Of a stretch of DNA of 64,000 nucleotides, positions 12,204 through 24,930 are shown in pieces. The DNA is taken from positions 62,001-126,000 of the forward strand of contig JAUCBJ010001930.1 of NCBI GenBank assembly GCA_032718475.1. Direction: 5' to 3'. The notes under the pieces are model-generated. The model made no database searches, had not been told where the DNA came from, and saw nothing but the letters and a program-made list of their open reading frames with translations. This DNA is from Nemertoderma westbladi. Taxonomy: Eukaryota; Animalia; Xenacoelomorpha. The translations under genes and the position numbers were made by a program. Numbering within the stretch: position 1 is the first letter of the stretch; each line of letters starts with the position of its first letter.

Positions 12204-12640
12204 AAATCAGTTTGGCCAAGTTCATGAACTTTACTTTGTGTAAGATCGATGGTAGGGTTTTTGCGATGGTAGTGACATGCCACTGCTACTATATCCACGT
12301 TATACCATCGAGTGGTCCAGCCGCTTTTTAGAAATGCTTCAGATGTTGCTCCTAATATTTGTATAATTATTGAGTGGGATTTCTTATGTCCATTTGTCAG
12401 ATTGAAAGGAACGTTATTGATGGAGATGAAGGTATCAGTTGATCATTAATATTTAGGAACATAGGTTCTTACGATTTAGTAAACATTCCCTCAATTGGTA
12501 ACAATATCGTTTATTGTTATGGTTAGAAAAGTCCCCCACTGCAACCTGTTCCTTTCCCTCCTTAGGTAACAATATCGTTTATTGTTTTGGTTAGAAAAGT
12601 CCCCCAGTGCAACCTGTTCCTTTCCCTCCTTAGGTAACAA
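12204..12640 (+). repeat. Direct repeat copy A (~430 bp)
   Basis: Near-identical to 14805-15200. Confidence 0.88.
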
Positions 12641-12656
12641 TATTGTTTGTTGTTTT

Positions 12657-13620
12657 GAAGATGGGAATGTCGGAAGATGGGAATGTGGGAGATGGATGGG
12701 AATGTAGGAAGATGGGAATGTGGGAAGGTGGACGGGAATGTGGGAAGATCGGAATGCGGGAAGGTCGATGGGAATGTGGGAAGATAGAAATGTGGGAAGG
12801 TGGGTGGGAATGTAGAAAGATGGTTATGTGGGAAGTTGTGTGGGAATGTAGGAAGATGGGAATGTGGGAAGGTGAATGGGAATTTGGGAAGGTGGATGAG
12901 AATGTGGAAAGGTGAGAATGTGGGAAGTTGGGTGGGAATGTATGAAGATGTTTATGTGGGAAGTTGGGTGGGAATGTAGGAAGATGGGAATGTTGGAAGT
13001 GGATGGGAATGTGGGAAGGTGGGTGGGAATGTAGGAATATGGGAATGTGGGAGATGGATGGGAATGTGGGTAGGTGAGTGGGAATGTAGGAAGATGGGAA
13101 TATGGGAAGGTGGATGGGAATGTGGGAAGATGGGAATGTGTGAAGGTGGGTGGGAATGTAGGAAGATGGGAATGTGGAAAGGTGGATGGGAATGTGGGAA
13201 TATGGGAAGGTGGGTGGTAATGTGGGTCGGAATGTAGGAAGATGGGAATGTGGGAAGGTGAATGGGAATGTGGGAAGGTGGATGAGAATGTGGAAAGGTG
13301 AGAATGTGGGAAGTTGGGTGGGAATGTATGAAGATGTTTATGTGGGAAGTTGGGTGGGAATGTAGGAAGATGGGAATGTTGGAAGTGGATGGGAATGTGG
13401 GAAGGTGGGTGGGAATGTAGGAATATGGGAATGTGGGAGATGGATGGGAATGTGGGTAGGTGAGTGGGAATGTAGGAAGATGGGAATATGGGAAGGTGGA
13501 TGGAAATGTGGGAAGATGGGAATGCGGGAAGGTGGATGGGAATGTGGGAACGTGGGAAGATGGTTGGAAATGTAGGAAGATGGGAATGTAGGGAGATCGG
13601 AATGTGGGAAGATGGGAATG
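12657..13620 (+). repeat. G-rich minisatellite (GGGAATGT/GGGAAGAT/GGGAAGGT units) with ~390-bp higher-order repeat
   Basis: Direct reading; block at ~12842 is repeated at ~13229. Confidence 0.95.
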
Positions 13621-13719
13621 ACGTTATTTTTACCTACTAATAGAGGAAAGGAACAGGTTACAGAGGCAGGCTTTTCTAACCAAAACAATAAATGTTGTTT
13701 TTACCTACCAATTTTACCT

Positions 13720-14570
13720 ACGTTCCCACATTTCCATCTTCTTACATTCCCATCTTCCTACATTCCCAAACACCTTCCCACATTCCCATCTTCATAAAAT
13801 CTCGTATTCCTCATTCGCACCCAACTTCCCACATTTCCACCTTTCCACATTCCCATCTTCCCACAATCCCATCTTCCCACATTCCCTTCTTCCCACATTC
13901 CCGTATTCCTCATTCCCACCCACCTTCCCATATTCCCACCCACCTTCCCACATTCCCATCTTCCTACATTCCCATCTACCTTCCCACATTCCCATCTTCC
14001 CATATTCCTATATTCCCACATTCCCATCTTACTACATTCCCGTCTTCCTACATTCCCACCTTCCCATATTCCCACCCACCTTTCCACATTCCCATCCTCC
14101 TTCCCACATTCCCATCTTCCCACATTCACATTCCCGTATTCCTCATTCCCCCCCAACTTCCCACAATCCCACATTCCCATCTTCCCACATTCCCGTATTC
14201 CTCATTCCCACCCAACTTCCCACATTCCCATTCACCTTCCCACATTCACACATTCCCATCTTCCTACATTCCCATTTTCCGACATTCCCACCTTCACACA
14301 TTCCCATCCACCTTCCCATATTCCCATTCACCTAAACACATTCCCATCTTCCTACATTCCCATCCACCTTCCCACATTCCCATCTTCCCACATTCCCGTA
14401 TTCCTCATTCCCACCAAACTTCCCACATTCCCATCTTCCCACAATCCCATCTTCCCACATTCCCATCTTCCCACATTCCCGTAGTCCTCATTCCTACCCA
14501 CCTTCCCACATTCCCACCCACACACCTTCCCACATTCCCATCCACCTTCCCATATTCCCATCCACCCACA
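13720..14570 (-). repeat. Inverted (C-rich) copy of the same minisatellite family
   Basis: CCCACATT/CCCATCTT units, reverse complements of the units in 12657-13620. Confidence 0.95.
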
Positions 14571-14804
14571 ATACAAAAGTTGCCTAATGATGATAGTGAA
14601 TGGGCCAAATTCCTTTTCGATGTGTTTTTTTTTTCGCTGGGAATGGGAATCCTGGGAAACTTCACATGGGCGAGATACATAATGTCCCTGTATATTTCTG
14701 TGCTGAGATCTCTGGTGCCTGTTAGATTACTAAAATAGATCCTACATTTAATAATCCTCGTAATATTTTTCTATAATATGTATTAATGGTATTCAATGGA
14801 ATTT

Positions 14805-15200
14805 AAATCAGTTTGGCCGAGGTTACCAATCATGAACTTTACTTTGTGTAAGATTGATGGTAGTGCTGTTGCTTTCCATGCCACTGCTACTATATCCACG
14901 TTATACCATCGAGTGGTCCAGCCGCTTTTTAGAAATGCTTGAGATGTTGCTGCTAATATTTGTATAATTATTGAGTGGGTTTTCTTATGTCCATTTGTCC
15001 GATTGAAAGGAACGTTATTGATGGAGATGAAGGTATCAGTTGAACATTAATATTTAGGAACATAGGTTCTTACGATTTAGTAAACATTCCCTCAATTGGT
15101 AACAATATCGTTTATTGTTATAGTTAGAAAAGTCCCCCACTGCAACCTGTTCCTTTCCCTCCTTAGGTAATAAAATCGTTTATTGTTTTGGTTAGAAAAC
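14805..15200 (+). repeat. Direct repeat copy B
   Basis: Matches 12204-12640. Confidence 0.88.
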
Positions 15201-15904
15201 CCGCCTTCCTTTTATACATCCTCCCCCCGGTCAACATATGCGGGGGTGGGGGGACATTTTCGCCTGTCACAAAAGAATTGTAGACCCTGGTTTGGCTTAT
15301 GGGTTGGGCGCGGATCTCCCGTAATAAATAAAATCCAACAACGGAATTGTCAAAAACGTAATTCTCATCCGCGGGTCGACGACATGGTAATTTATTCGTC
15401 ATAAATTCACCGAAAATACTTCCAATAGATGGATATTACGTTGTTAAAACCATGATCATTGGGGACCATCGTAACTAAAATACATAGATAATTGGCGCCA
15501 ACTAATCTAGCGAGGTATTGTTAAACAACATCTGTTACGATTTTCTACAGTGACGAGGCCGCAAACCTTTCATTGTAAAGTTCCAGTATTCCCCGAATCA
15601 AACTCACAGAGTTACCCATCGATGTTGGACGGGATAGAGGCCCATGTTGTTAGTAGCTACCGGTGCTTCTGTTACATCTATTGTATTTGGATCTAATTTA
15701 GGTACCCAATTATATTCCTACGTTCACTTCTAAAGGCGCTCCACTCCCCTAAGCACTGTAGCTGCTGCATTCGGTATTACAGTCAGCCAAACCCAGAAGG
15801 TATTTAAGGCCTCAACTGCTGAGGTTTGTGTCATTAAATTGAATTATATTGGTAATATTTAGACTGTCACATTTATACTTCAGTTATTCCGAATTGTATT
15901 AAAT

Positions 15905-17992
15905 ATGTCTTCGAATACTTTGAGTGACCCTGCTTGGGATTTACTGGATCGTATCATGGCAGATGAAAGTGATTCTCAGTCCGGTGATGAGGAACAAGAG
16001 AAATGCGTCGCTCCACCAACTGTTAATAACGATATCAGCAACACAAACAGCGGTATTAACGTTATCAGATTTAAATCAGAATCGGAATCTATTTGCGGTA
16101 CTTCTGAAGATAAATCTCGAAAGATCAAACAAGAGTTCTGTACAGATGAACAATATTCTAATAATCAAATCGACAACACAAACAGCGGTTTAAACGTTAT
16201 CAGTTTTAAATCAGAAGCGGGAGCTATTTGCGGTACTTCCGAAGATACATCTCGAGTTGTAAGACAAGATTTCTGTATTGGGAAACCATCTCCTTGTGAA
16301 GTTATTGATAAGTCCGTTGTCAAATGTAAGCGAATTAATCGCAAAGTAAATTTAAAGAATCGTAAACAATCACTGCATAAAGGTATCAAGTGTGAATGCG
16401 GTTATTGTCACAAACAATTTAGTGACAAAGGACATCTGAAGAGACACATGGAATCAGTACATAAAGGTATCACGTATAATTGCGGTTCTTGTGAAAAACA
16501 ATTTATTGACAAACGGAATCTAAAGAAACACATGGAATCAGTACATAAAGGTATCAAGTATAATTGTGGTACTTGTGACAAACAATTTATTGACAAACGG
16601 AGTCTAAAGAGACACGTGGAATCAGTACATAAAGGTATCAAGTATAATTGTGGTTCTTGTGACAAACAATTTAGTGACAAACAGAGTCTGAAGAAACACA
16701 TGGAATCAGTACATAAAGGTATCAAGTATAATTGCAGTTCCTGTGACAAACAATTTAGTGACAAAGGATATCTAAAGAAACACATGGAATCAGTACATAA
16801 AGGTATCAAGTATAATTGCAGTTCCTGTGACAAACAATTTAGTGACAAAGGATATCTAAAGAAACACATGGAATCAGTACATAAAGGCATCAAGTATAAT
16901 TGCAGTTCCTGTGACAAACAATTTAGTGACAAAGGACATCTAAAGAAACACATGGAATCAGTACATAAAGGTATCAAGTATAATTGCGGTACTTGTGACA
17001 AACAATTTAGTGGCAAAGGATATCTAAAGAAACACATGGAATCAGTACATAAAGGTATCAAGTATAATTGCGGTTCTTGTGACAAACAATTTAGTGACAA
17101 ACAGAGTCTGAAGAAACACATGGAATCAGTACATAAAGGCATCAAGTATAATTGTGGTTCTTGTGACAAACAATTCATTTACCAAGGATATCTGAGGAAA
17201 CACATGGAATCAGTACATAAAGGTATCAAGTCTAAATGCGTTTATTGTGACAAACAATTCACTTACAATGGAAATCTAAAGATACACATAGAATCAGTAC
17301 ACATAGGCATCAAGTATAAATGCGTTTATTGTGACAAACAATTCTGTCACAAAGGAACTCTGAAGACACACACGGAATCAGTTCATAGAGGTATCAAGTG
17401 TAAATGCGGTTCTTGTGACAAACAATTTAGTGACAAACAGACTCTGAAGAAACACATGGAATCAGTACATAAAGGCATCAAGTATTATTGTGGTTCTTGT
17501 GACAATCAATTTACTCAAAAAGGTCATCTAAGGACCCACATAGAATCAGTACACAAAGGCATCAAGTTTAAATGCATTTATTGTGACAAACAATTACGTC
17601 GCAAAGGAACTCTGAAGACACACATAGAATCAGTTCATAGAGGTATCAAGTATAATTGCGGTTCCTGTAACAAACAATTTGGTCGAAAAGGAAATCTAAA
17701 GGGACACATGGAATCAGTACATAAAGGTATCAAGTATAATTGCGGCTATTGTGACAAACAATTTACTCAAAAAGGATATCTAAGGACCCACATGGAATCA
17801 GTACATAAAGGTATCAAGTATAATTGCGGTTCTTGTGACAAACAATTTAGTGACAAAGGATATCTGAAGAAACACATGGAATCAGTACATAAAGGTATCA
17901 AGTATAATTGCGGTTCTTGTGACAAACAATTTAGTGACAAAGGATATCTGAAGAAACACATGGAATCAGTACATAAAAGGCATCAAGTATAA
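15905..17992 (+). CDS. Tandem C2H2 zinc-finger protein (19 in-frame 28-aa fingers; 20th finger out of frame)
   Basis: CxxCDKQFxxKxxLKxHxESVHKGIKYN repeats on an 84-bp unit; acidic N-terminus; extra A at 17975-17978 truncates the array. Confidence 0.88.
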   Translation: MSSNTLSDPAWDLLDRIMADESDSQSGDEEQEKCVAPPTVNNDISNTNSGINVIRFKSESESICGTSEDKSRKIKQEFCTDEQYSNNQIDNTNSGLNVISFKSEAGAICGTSEDTSRVVRQDFCIGKPSPCEVIDKSVVKCKRINRKVNLKNRKQSLHKGIKCECGYCHKQFSDKGHLKRHMESVHKGITYNCGSCEKQFIDKRNLKKHMESVHKGIKYNCGTCDKQFIDKRSLKRHVESVHKGIKYNCGSCDKQFSDKQSLKKHMESVHKGIKYNCSSCDKQFSDKGYLKKHMESVHKGIKYNCSSCDKQFSDKGYLKKHMESVHKGIKYNCSSCDKQFSDKGHLKKHMESVHKGIKYNCGTCDKQFSGKGYLKKHMESVHKGIKYNCGSCDKQFSDKQSLKKHMESVHKGIKYNCGSCDKQFIYQGYLRKHMESVHKGIKSKCVYCDKQFTYNGNLKIHIESVHIGIKYKCVYCDKQFCHKGTLKTHTESVHRGIKCKCGSCDKQFSDKQTLKKHMESVHKGIKYYCGSCDNQFTQKGHLRTHIESVHKGIKFKCIYCDKQLRRKGTLKTHIESVHRGIKYNCGSCNKQFGRKGNLKGHMESVHKGIKYNCGYCDKQFTQKGYLRTHMESVHKGIKYNCGSCDKQFSDKGYLKKHMESVHKGIKYNCGSCDKQFSDKGYLKKHMESVHKRHQV

Positions 17993-19114
17993 TTGCGGTT
18001 CTTGTGACAAACAATTTAGTGACAAAGGATATCTGAAGAAACACATGGAATCAGAACATAAAGGGATCAAGTGTAATTACGGTTCTTGTGACAAACAATT
18101 TTGAAGACACACATACACTCAGTTCACAAAGATTACAATTAAGGCTCCTGGTTGTGGAATCTTTACATTACCGTCTTCAATTCCGTTTTATCAACAGAAA
18201 TAAACTGCGGTACCGCGTCATTCGGTCTGTTCATCCCTTTACTTACAAACTATATATGCGTGCACTTTGTTATCTTAAACTGACAGTATATTATATGATT
18301 ATTTTCACCATGGGTCGTTAAATAGTTATTAACCATTCAGACCACAGGCAGATATTTTGCGAAGTCAATTTTCTCGGAATAACATTTTTCATTTTCAAAT
18401 TAATAATCATCCGCTATTTTGCCACCAAATATTTCTAATTTGGCTCATTGGAAGTGGTTTCGACAGTTCATTAAACGTTATCTTGTAAAATTTTGATAAA
18501 TATTTACATTTTTGTGCAATTTACTTATTTTAAATAAAAAGTTAATAAATTAATTAAAATTAAAATGGCAATAACTTTTGTGGATTCGATGGCACAGAAT
18601 ACAAAAAAAGTTTCCGTGAAATTCGGATTAAGATTGAGGGAGTAGTAATGTTTATAGTGAAATCATTATTCAGCCGTCTGCCCCTAACGGGAGGCGATTA
18701 ATTTTAAAATCTTTGTATTAAGACTATTTGGCTTTCCATATGCAGTAGTGAATGACTATGATAAAATCGTTATATTAACCTCTAACCCAAATAATTGACA
18801 GTCATAAAAAAGTTCACGGGAGTAATACAAAACAATGATAATTTTGAAATGTGCCCCCTCGGGCACGAAAAAATAAGTAGTGCAAATAAAACCTGTTTTT
18901 ATGACCTTATGGGTTGTTTAGAATGCTGATTCAGAGGGAGAGGTAGGGGGTGTGGGATATTTTGGGTGAATGTACACGTACAGCTGCTGTAATGCTGAAA
19001 ATTATAGAGACATAAATTCAGACTGTACACCTGTACTGCTGGGTGTGTGTGTACGTGTGTAGGTGGGGGGGGGGGGGGGGGTCATTTAATGTCTATTTGA
19101 ATTATTGTGTATGT

Positions 19115-20682
19115 GGCTCAAACTCACAAAAAGTGGCCAAAAAAATTCATTTTTTTGTAAAAAAAAAAAAAAGGTTTCCCACTCGCTTCTCCTCTCGCAC
19201 GCCGAACTACTTCTCTCGCTTCTTCGACTGCTCTCCTTGCACCTCTATCTTATACCGCTATCCCCTGCCTCGGCACCTCCACCGATATCTCTCACTTCTC
19301 CCTTATTTACATCATCAGCATCCAGTATTCCATCTGATTCATCGTCTTCAATAGTTTCAATGACACCTTCCGCCTGAGACACATGGACTGCCACGCCATG
19401 CTCGATGCAGAATAGTGGACTTACTTTCTTACAAGAAATATTTATCATATCGATATGATATCGCCACCCTGGTTATATAGAATCTCGTGGGTCTTTCCAA
19501 TTCCCTGGAGGGGGCCTATGTTACTTGGTATGGTATCCTTTACCAGTTCCACATTATTAGCCGAGTATGAAAATATCTTGGTTTTAATACGAGATTTCAT
19601 CATGGCAATTATGTCATTGAAGCTAGGGGTATCGCCATCAATGTGCATGCCAATAATGTTTGACAATGTCCTCTTAATCGTTCCACCAACTCCATCCGCT
19701 GGGCCCTTCCCGTGACCAGCCTCCCAATATATCCAACGGATTTTCTTATTATTAGCCTTAGCAACTTCATTAAATAGAAATACAATTAATAGTCCTATTG
19801 CGGTTCCACTGAAGGGTTACAGGTGAGACATGTCCCACTCTGTAGCCCGAATTTATTCGATTTACATGTTACATGTGGGACAGGCTTTTGTCACAGGTGG
19901 GACAAAGCTCATGCTGATAAATGTAAAAGCAATCTATTCATTCAATCTATTCTATTCATTCCACAGTCAATTTGTTGCCACAAACGATTACTCACGCAAA
20001 AGACCAATATCTGGGCTATCTTCTGATATTTTAATCTTCATATCAAGTTTGTTAGAACTGATTCTAGAGCATGGTAAAGCAATGCACTTGGCGTTACACA
20101 TGGGACAATCCTAATTGACATATCGACTCGCACGTATAAAACCAGTCATAATATCTCCGGTTATGTTTTGTATTTTTTCGTAAAATCTTGAATTTTCAAC
20201 TTGCCGAAAATTTTCCTTTCAAATAAGAATTTAGTTTATAGAATCCCAATAAAAATCTTTTGGTGAATTCAGGTGTTACCGTTTGGGACAAGTAATTGTC
20301 AAAAATAGGAGTATATTATCTATTGTTGTATTTAAATATGATATCAATAAAATAATTTGGAAGTTATTCCATTGCATTCCTCTATTATTTAGCTTTAAAT
20401 TGAGATATAACTTGTTGAAATTCACCCAGTAGATATCAAAATACATCCCCCAGAATACAATCAACTTTTTTTGACAATTGAAAAACCTGCATTTTTTAGT
20501 ACTAAAAGGTCTGTAAAATCTTTCAAAGTCGGAGTGGCAGTATGGTATTTTGTGCATCTGTTGGACCATAAAATTATCAACAAAAATATATATAACTTTA
20601 CTAGGTTCCAAAAAAATATCATTCTAAAATTAAGTCGAATCGTGTGGGAAACGTTTTTGGTCACTTTGTGTGAGTTTGGGCC
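19115..20682 (-). mobile_element. Internally deleted Sola-type (Sola2-like) DNA transposon
   Basis: ~28-bp TIRs GGCTCAAACTCACAAAAAGTGGCCAAAA / TTTTGGTCACTTTGTGTGAGTTTGGGCC; 4-bp TSD ATGT (19111-14, 20683-86); transposase fragment WIYWEAGHGKGPADGVGGTIKR on minus strand. Confidence 0.72.
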
Positions 20683-20801
20683 ATGTGTTAACTATTATAT
20701 ATGAAAGCCGACCAGCCGACACAGGTGACTTCTGGAGGATCGCTAGAAGTCGGCTAGTTTACAAAGGGAGTATTTAGGTTTACGCCAAACTCCAACCACT
20801 C

Positions 20802-21287
20802 TTGGGCCGTGTATAAAGGCGGCTATTCGACCCAGCGAACTGAGAGAAAGGCGCAAGTGGTCGGCTGGTCGGCATACATATATCATCATAGGTCTACAAT
20901 AGATTATATGGAGGGTCGCTAAAAGTCGCAAAACTTTATATGTAGACTATAGATGGAGCCGACTTTGCCGACCAAATCGACTCTTCCGGCCACCTCTTGG
21001 GCCGTGTATAGAGGCGACTATTCGACACTGTAAACTAAGAGCAAGTCGCAAGTGGTCGGCGGCGGGGCTGCTAACAAGTATCACATACAGGGGTGGTCGG
21101 AAGAATCGAATTGGTCGGCAAGGTCGGCTCCACCTATAGACTACATATAAAGTTTTGCGACTTTTAGCGACCGTCCATATAGTCTATTGTAGACCTATGA
21201 TGATATATGTAAGCCGAACAGCCGACCACTTGCGACTTACTCTCGGTTCACTGGGTCGAATAGTCCCACCCAGTCGCCTTTATACCT
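20802..21287. repeat. Foldback inverted repeat, ~190-bp arms and ~90-bp spacer
   Basis: 20805-20997 is the reverse complement of 21090-21287; the spacer repeats the start of the left arm. Confidence 0.85.
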
Positions 21288-21471
21288 GTATAACATGTAT
21301 AATAATATAATTATCATATAAAAATTATTACTTATAGTAAATTTAGTACTTTATTAAGAAATTATTATGTATCTGTACAATAACCATTACACCAATCACA
21401 TTGCATAAAACGTGATGTGTTATAGTTAATTAGGCCATAAGTAGGCGACTATTAGTCGAAGGGGATTTGCG

Positions 21472-21503
<32 letters not shown>

Positions 21504-22187
21504 TGTCTCTGATCACCAGAAAGGGTGTGAGTGTTTGTGAGTTGATTAGCCGTTTGTCACGCAGACACCAGCACCGATCAGCAACAGCGAAAGGTTGGTT
21601 CTGGTTCGCACATCTTCATGCAACTTTCGAACGCCCGTTAATCAGTTATTTTTCAACGAAATAAGGATGAAGGATAACTACGGACTAATTGTTGAAAAGA
21701 CACCTTTTTCAAACGTTTTTAGTTAAATAATGAAAGCGAAAATACAAATTCCGACTCACCCACCCAGGAGGGGAGGGGGGGGGGGGAGATGAAACTGTAT
21801 CTGTTTCAAATTTCATGCAATCGCATTAAGATTTGTAGAAAAAACATTTTTTTGGGGGCGGGGGGGGAGGGGGGGGGGGGGGGGGGGCATGTACCTGAAT
21901 AAAACACTGCATTCCAGGCGGCCTGGACATGGTGTTGTACTGTAGTACCGGGTGTTAACTATAGTAAGATTAGGTTATATTACAGTAGGTATTTGTACGG
22001 GTGCTTTTTTTTGCCAACTGGTGCGTAATATGGTGTGCAACTTGAGCAATCTAGTGGGTAAAACTTGTGCGATCTGGTAAGTGTAATTGGTGCGATCAGA
22101 TAGGTTGTTAATTTTGTAGAATAGGAATAAAAAATAGCAGAAATCGAAAAATTGTGACGACATATTTACCCGCGATATTTTTCACCT

Positions 22188-23820
22188 CGGGGCAATTCCA
22201 CGGTAACGGACGTAACTATCACAGAGTTTAAAAGCCTCCACTACGAACAGCACTGAGTATTTTTTATAAATATTCTGTGTGGTATTGCTGGACCACTGGT
22301 ATTATAATGTAAATACCCCAGATTATTATTAAGAATAGATGCCGAACATATTAATCGAACAATTTAGGAATACTGCCCAATGGTTTTCATACAGTTTGCT
22401 CACTGGTTTTCATACAGTTTGCAATTGATTTTCGTAACGGACGTAACCATCTCTCCTGTAACGGACGTAACTGTGCAATTTACATGGTGTTGCTTTCCAT
22501 TGCGTGTAAATTGATGTTTTCAACTAAACAAGTTTGTAAATCCATCACTTAAGTCACACTGAATATTTTTTAATATAGTATTTTGGAAAAAAAGAGGTAG
22601 CAGGTGCAGAAGAGCAAAATTTTGGCATACTGCAATAAAGGCAGCCTTACTATCAGTAACACAATATAAGTAGCCAATCCTTCAGGTTAGGCTGTTAATA
22701 GCCAAAAACAAACCAGCAACCAACATAATTTGATAAATTACAGGGCTGTAGAGTTATTTGCAGAATGTAGGAGATGGTCACTGCTCTATTGCTAACATTT
22801 ACGTCCGTTACGAGAAAATACACAGCAAAGACTTACTGCAATGATGTTAGTTTTTTATCTCAAGTTACAAGGCAATAAATATAGACAATAAGTCTGCTTT
22901 GCACTGAAAGCAATGAGTCGAATACATCACCCCTTACTCTAATATTTTAAAAAATTTCCCTTTTTCCGTAACGGACGTAATTTTTGACTTGGTCTATTAC
23001 AGCCACATAGTAGAACATGATACCCTATATTAGAAGTCACCAAAGTTCCTTCTTCACTGTATCTCCATTAGTTTTTCTGTCAGTAATTTGGAATTATATT
23101 TATTCCTTCTCCACATAGATGGTTACTGCTATATAACCAACCACTGGTACCTATATTATGAAATACTTCAAATTTTAACACGGTTTTTGTTTAATGATAA
23201 GCCTAATATATTAAATTTATTGCTATTGGTAACATTTATATGGTGGAAAGCAGGTCCAACGGGAGTACAAAAATGAGAGGATACAATGTTAGGGCCTAAG
23301 GGTTTAAATCACAGAAAACTTAAACGAAAATCAACCTGTCTCGGGAAACTAATATTATTGCAATACTTACAATTTTTGTCCCAAATTCTTGCCATTAATT
23401 ATTGTTATTTATGTTCTGATTCACTTAATTTATATTCAACAGTCCTCAATAATGCCTAAAAACACCACAGGACCGGTAATTGTCATTGTATGAATTTCCT
23501 CGCTTAAACATAATTCAACACAAATTACGTCCGTTACGATAAATACACAACAAAGGCATTGATGTTAGTTTTTTTGTCTAAAGTTACTAGATAATAAGTC
23601 TGCTTTGAGCTTTGCACAGAAAGTGATGAGTTTAATACATCAGCCCTTCTTCCTGTATTTTAAATTTTTTTACATTTTTCAGTAACGGACGTAAATTTTG
23701 ACTTGGTCTATTACAACCGCATAGTAGAACATTATACCCTATATATGAAATCTCCAAATCTCTGACACTGTAACTCCATTAGTTTTTCTGTCAGTAATTG
23801 GTTATTTTATTTTTTCCTTG
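22188..23820. repeat. Non-autonomous DNA-transposon-like remnant with recurrent GTAACGGACGTAA motif and internal ~320-bp duplication
   Basis: Motif at ~22203, 22434, 22458, 22968, 23682 and inverted at ~22799, 23525; 22795-23110 resembles 23522-23820. Confidence 0.65.
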
Positions 23821-24061
23821 TCCCCATGAGGTGTAGATAACTGCAAAAATATTTGAATGAATTTTCCATATGATTTATTGAATATATTTACTTCATATTC
23901 AGTCCTAATTTTTTTTGAAGTTACATATATATCATAAATAACATAAATATCTCAATTCAGTCGAATAGGAATATTCAATGCCAATGGAACTGGAAGACAC
24001 GTTTTACGGCTTCAACTTGGATTAGAATATCGGAGGTGGTGTTTTAGCTCAGGTAGCAGTG

Positions 24062-24930
24062 GACTGTGGGGAGGATATGTGGCTGTGCGGAGGATATCTG
24101 GCTGTGTGGGGAGGATATGTGGCTGTGGGGAAGAAATGTTGCTGTGTGTGGAGGATATGTGGCTGTGTGGGGGGATATGTGGCTGTGTCGAAGATATGTG
24201 GCTGTGGGGAGGACATGTGACTGTGGTGAAGATATGTGGCTGTGTGGGGAGGATATGTGGCTGTGTGTGGAGGATATGTGGCTGTGTGGGGAAGATATGT
24301 GGCTGTGTGGGGAGGATATGTGACTGTGGGGAAGATATGTAGCTGTATGGGGAGGATATGTGGTTGTGTAGGGAAGATATGTGGCTGTGTGGGGAGGATA
24401 TGTGACTGTGGGGAAGATATGTGGCTGTGTGGGGAGGATATGTGGCTGTGTCGAAGATATGTGGCTGTGGGGAGGACATGTGACTGTGGTGAAGATATGT
24501 GGCTGCGGAGAGGATATGTGGCTGTGTGGGGAGGATATGTGGCTGTGTGGGGAAGATATGTGGCTGTGTGGGGAGGATATGTGACTGTGGGGAAGATATG
24601 TAGCTGTATGGGGAGGATATGTGGTTGTGTAGGGAAGATATGTGGCTGTGTGGGGAGGATATGTGACTGTGGGGAAGATATGTGGCTGTGTGGGGAGGAT
24701 ATGTGGCTGTGTGGAGAGGATATGTGGCTGTGGGGAAGATATGTGGCTGTGTGGGGAGGATATGTGGCTGTGGGGAAGATATGTGGCTGTGTGGGGAGGA
24801 TATGTGGCTGTGTGGGGAAGATATCTGGCTGTGTGGGGAGGATATATGACTGTGGGGAAGATATGTGGCTGTGTGGGGAGGATATGTGGCTGTGGGGAGG
24901 GTATGTGGCTGTGGGAAGGATATGTAGCTG
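24062..24930. repeat. Minisatellite, 19/21-bp units (GGAGGATATGTGGCTGTGTGG)
   Basis: Direct reading; overlapping ORFs in several frames are artefacts of the repeat. Confidence 0.95.

Noticed and set aside
12643-14738. Numerous G/W/E/C-rich or P/H/S-rich ORFs
   Set aside because: Translations of minisatellite, open in several frames on both strands.
16408-17178. Antisense 256-aa repeat ORF
   Set aside because: Shadow of the 84-bp zinc-finger repeat.
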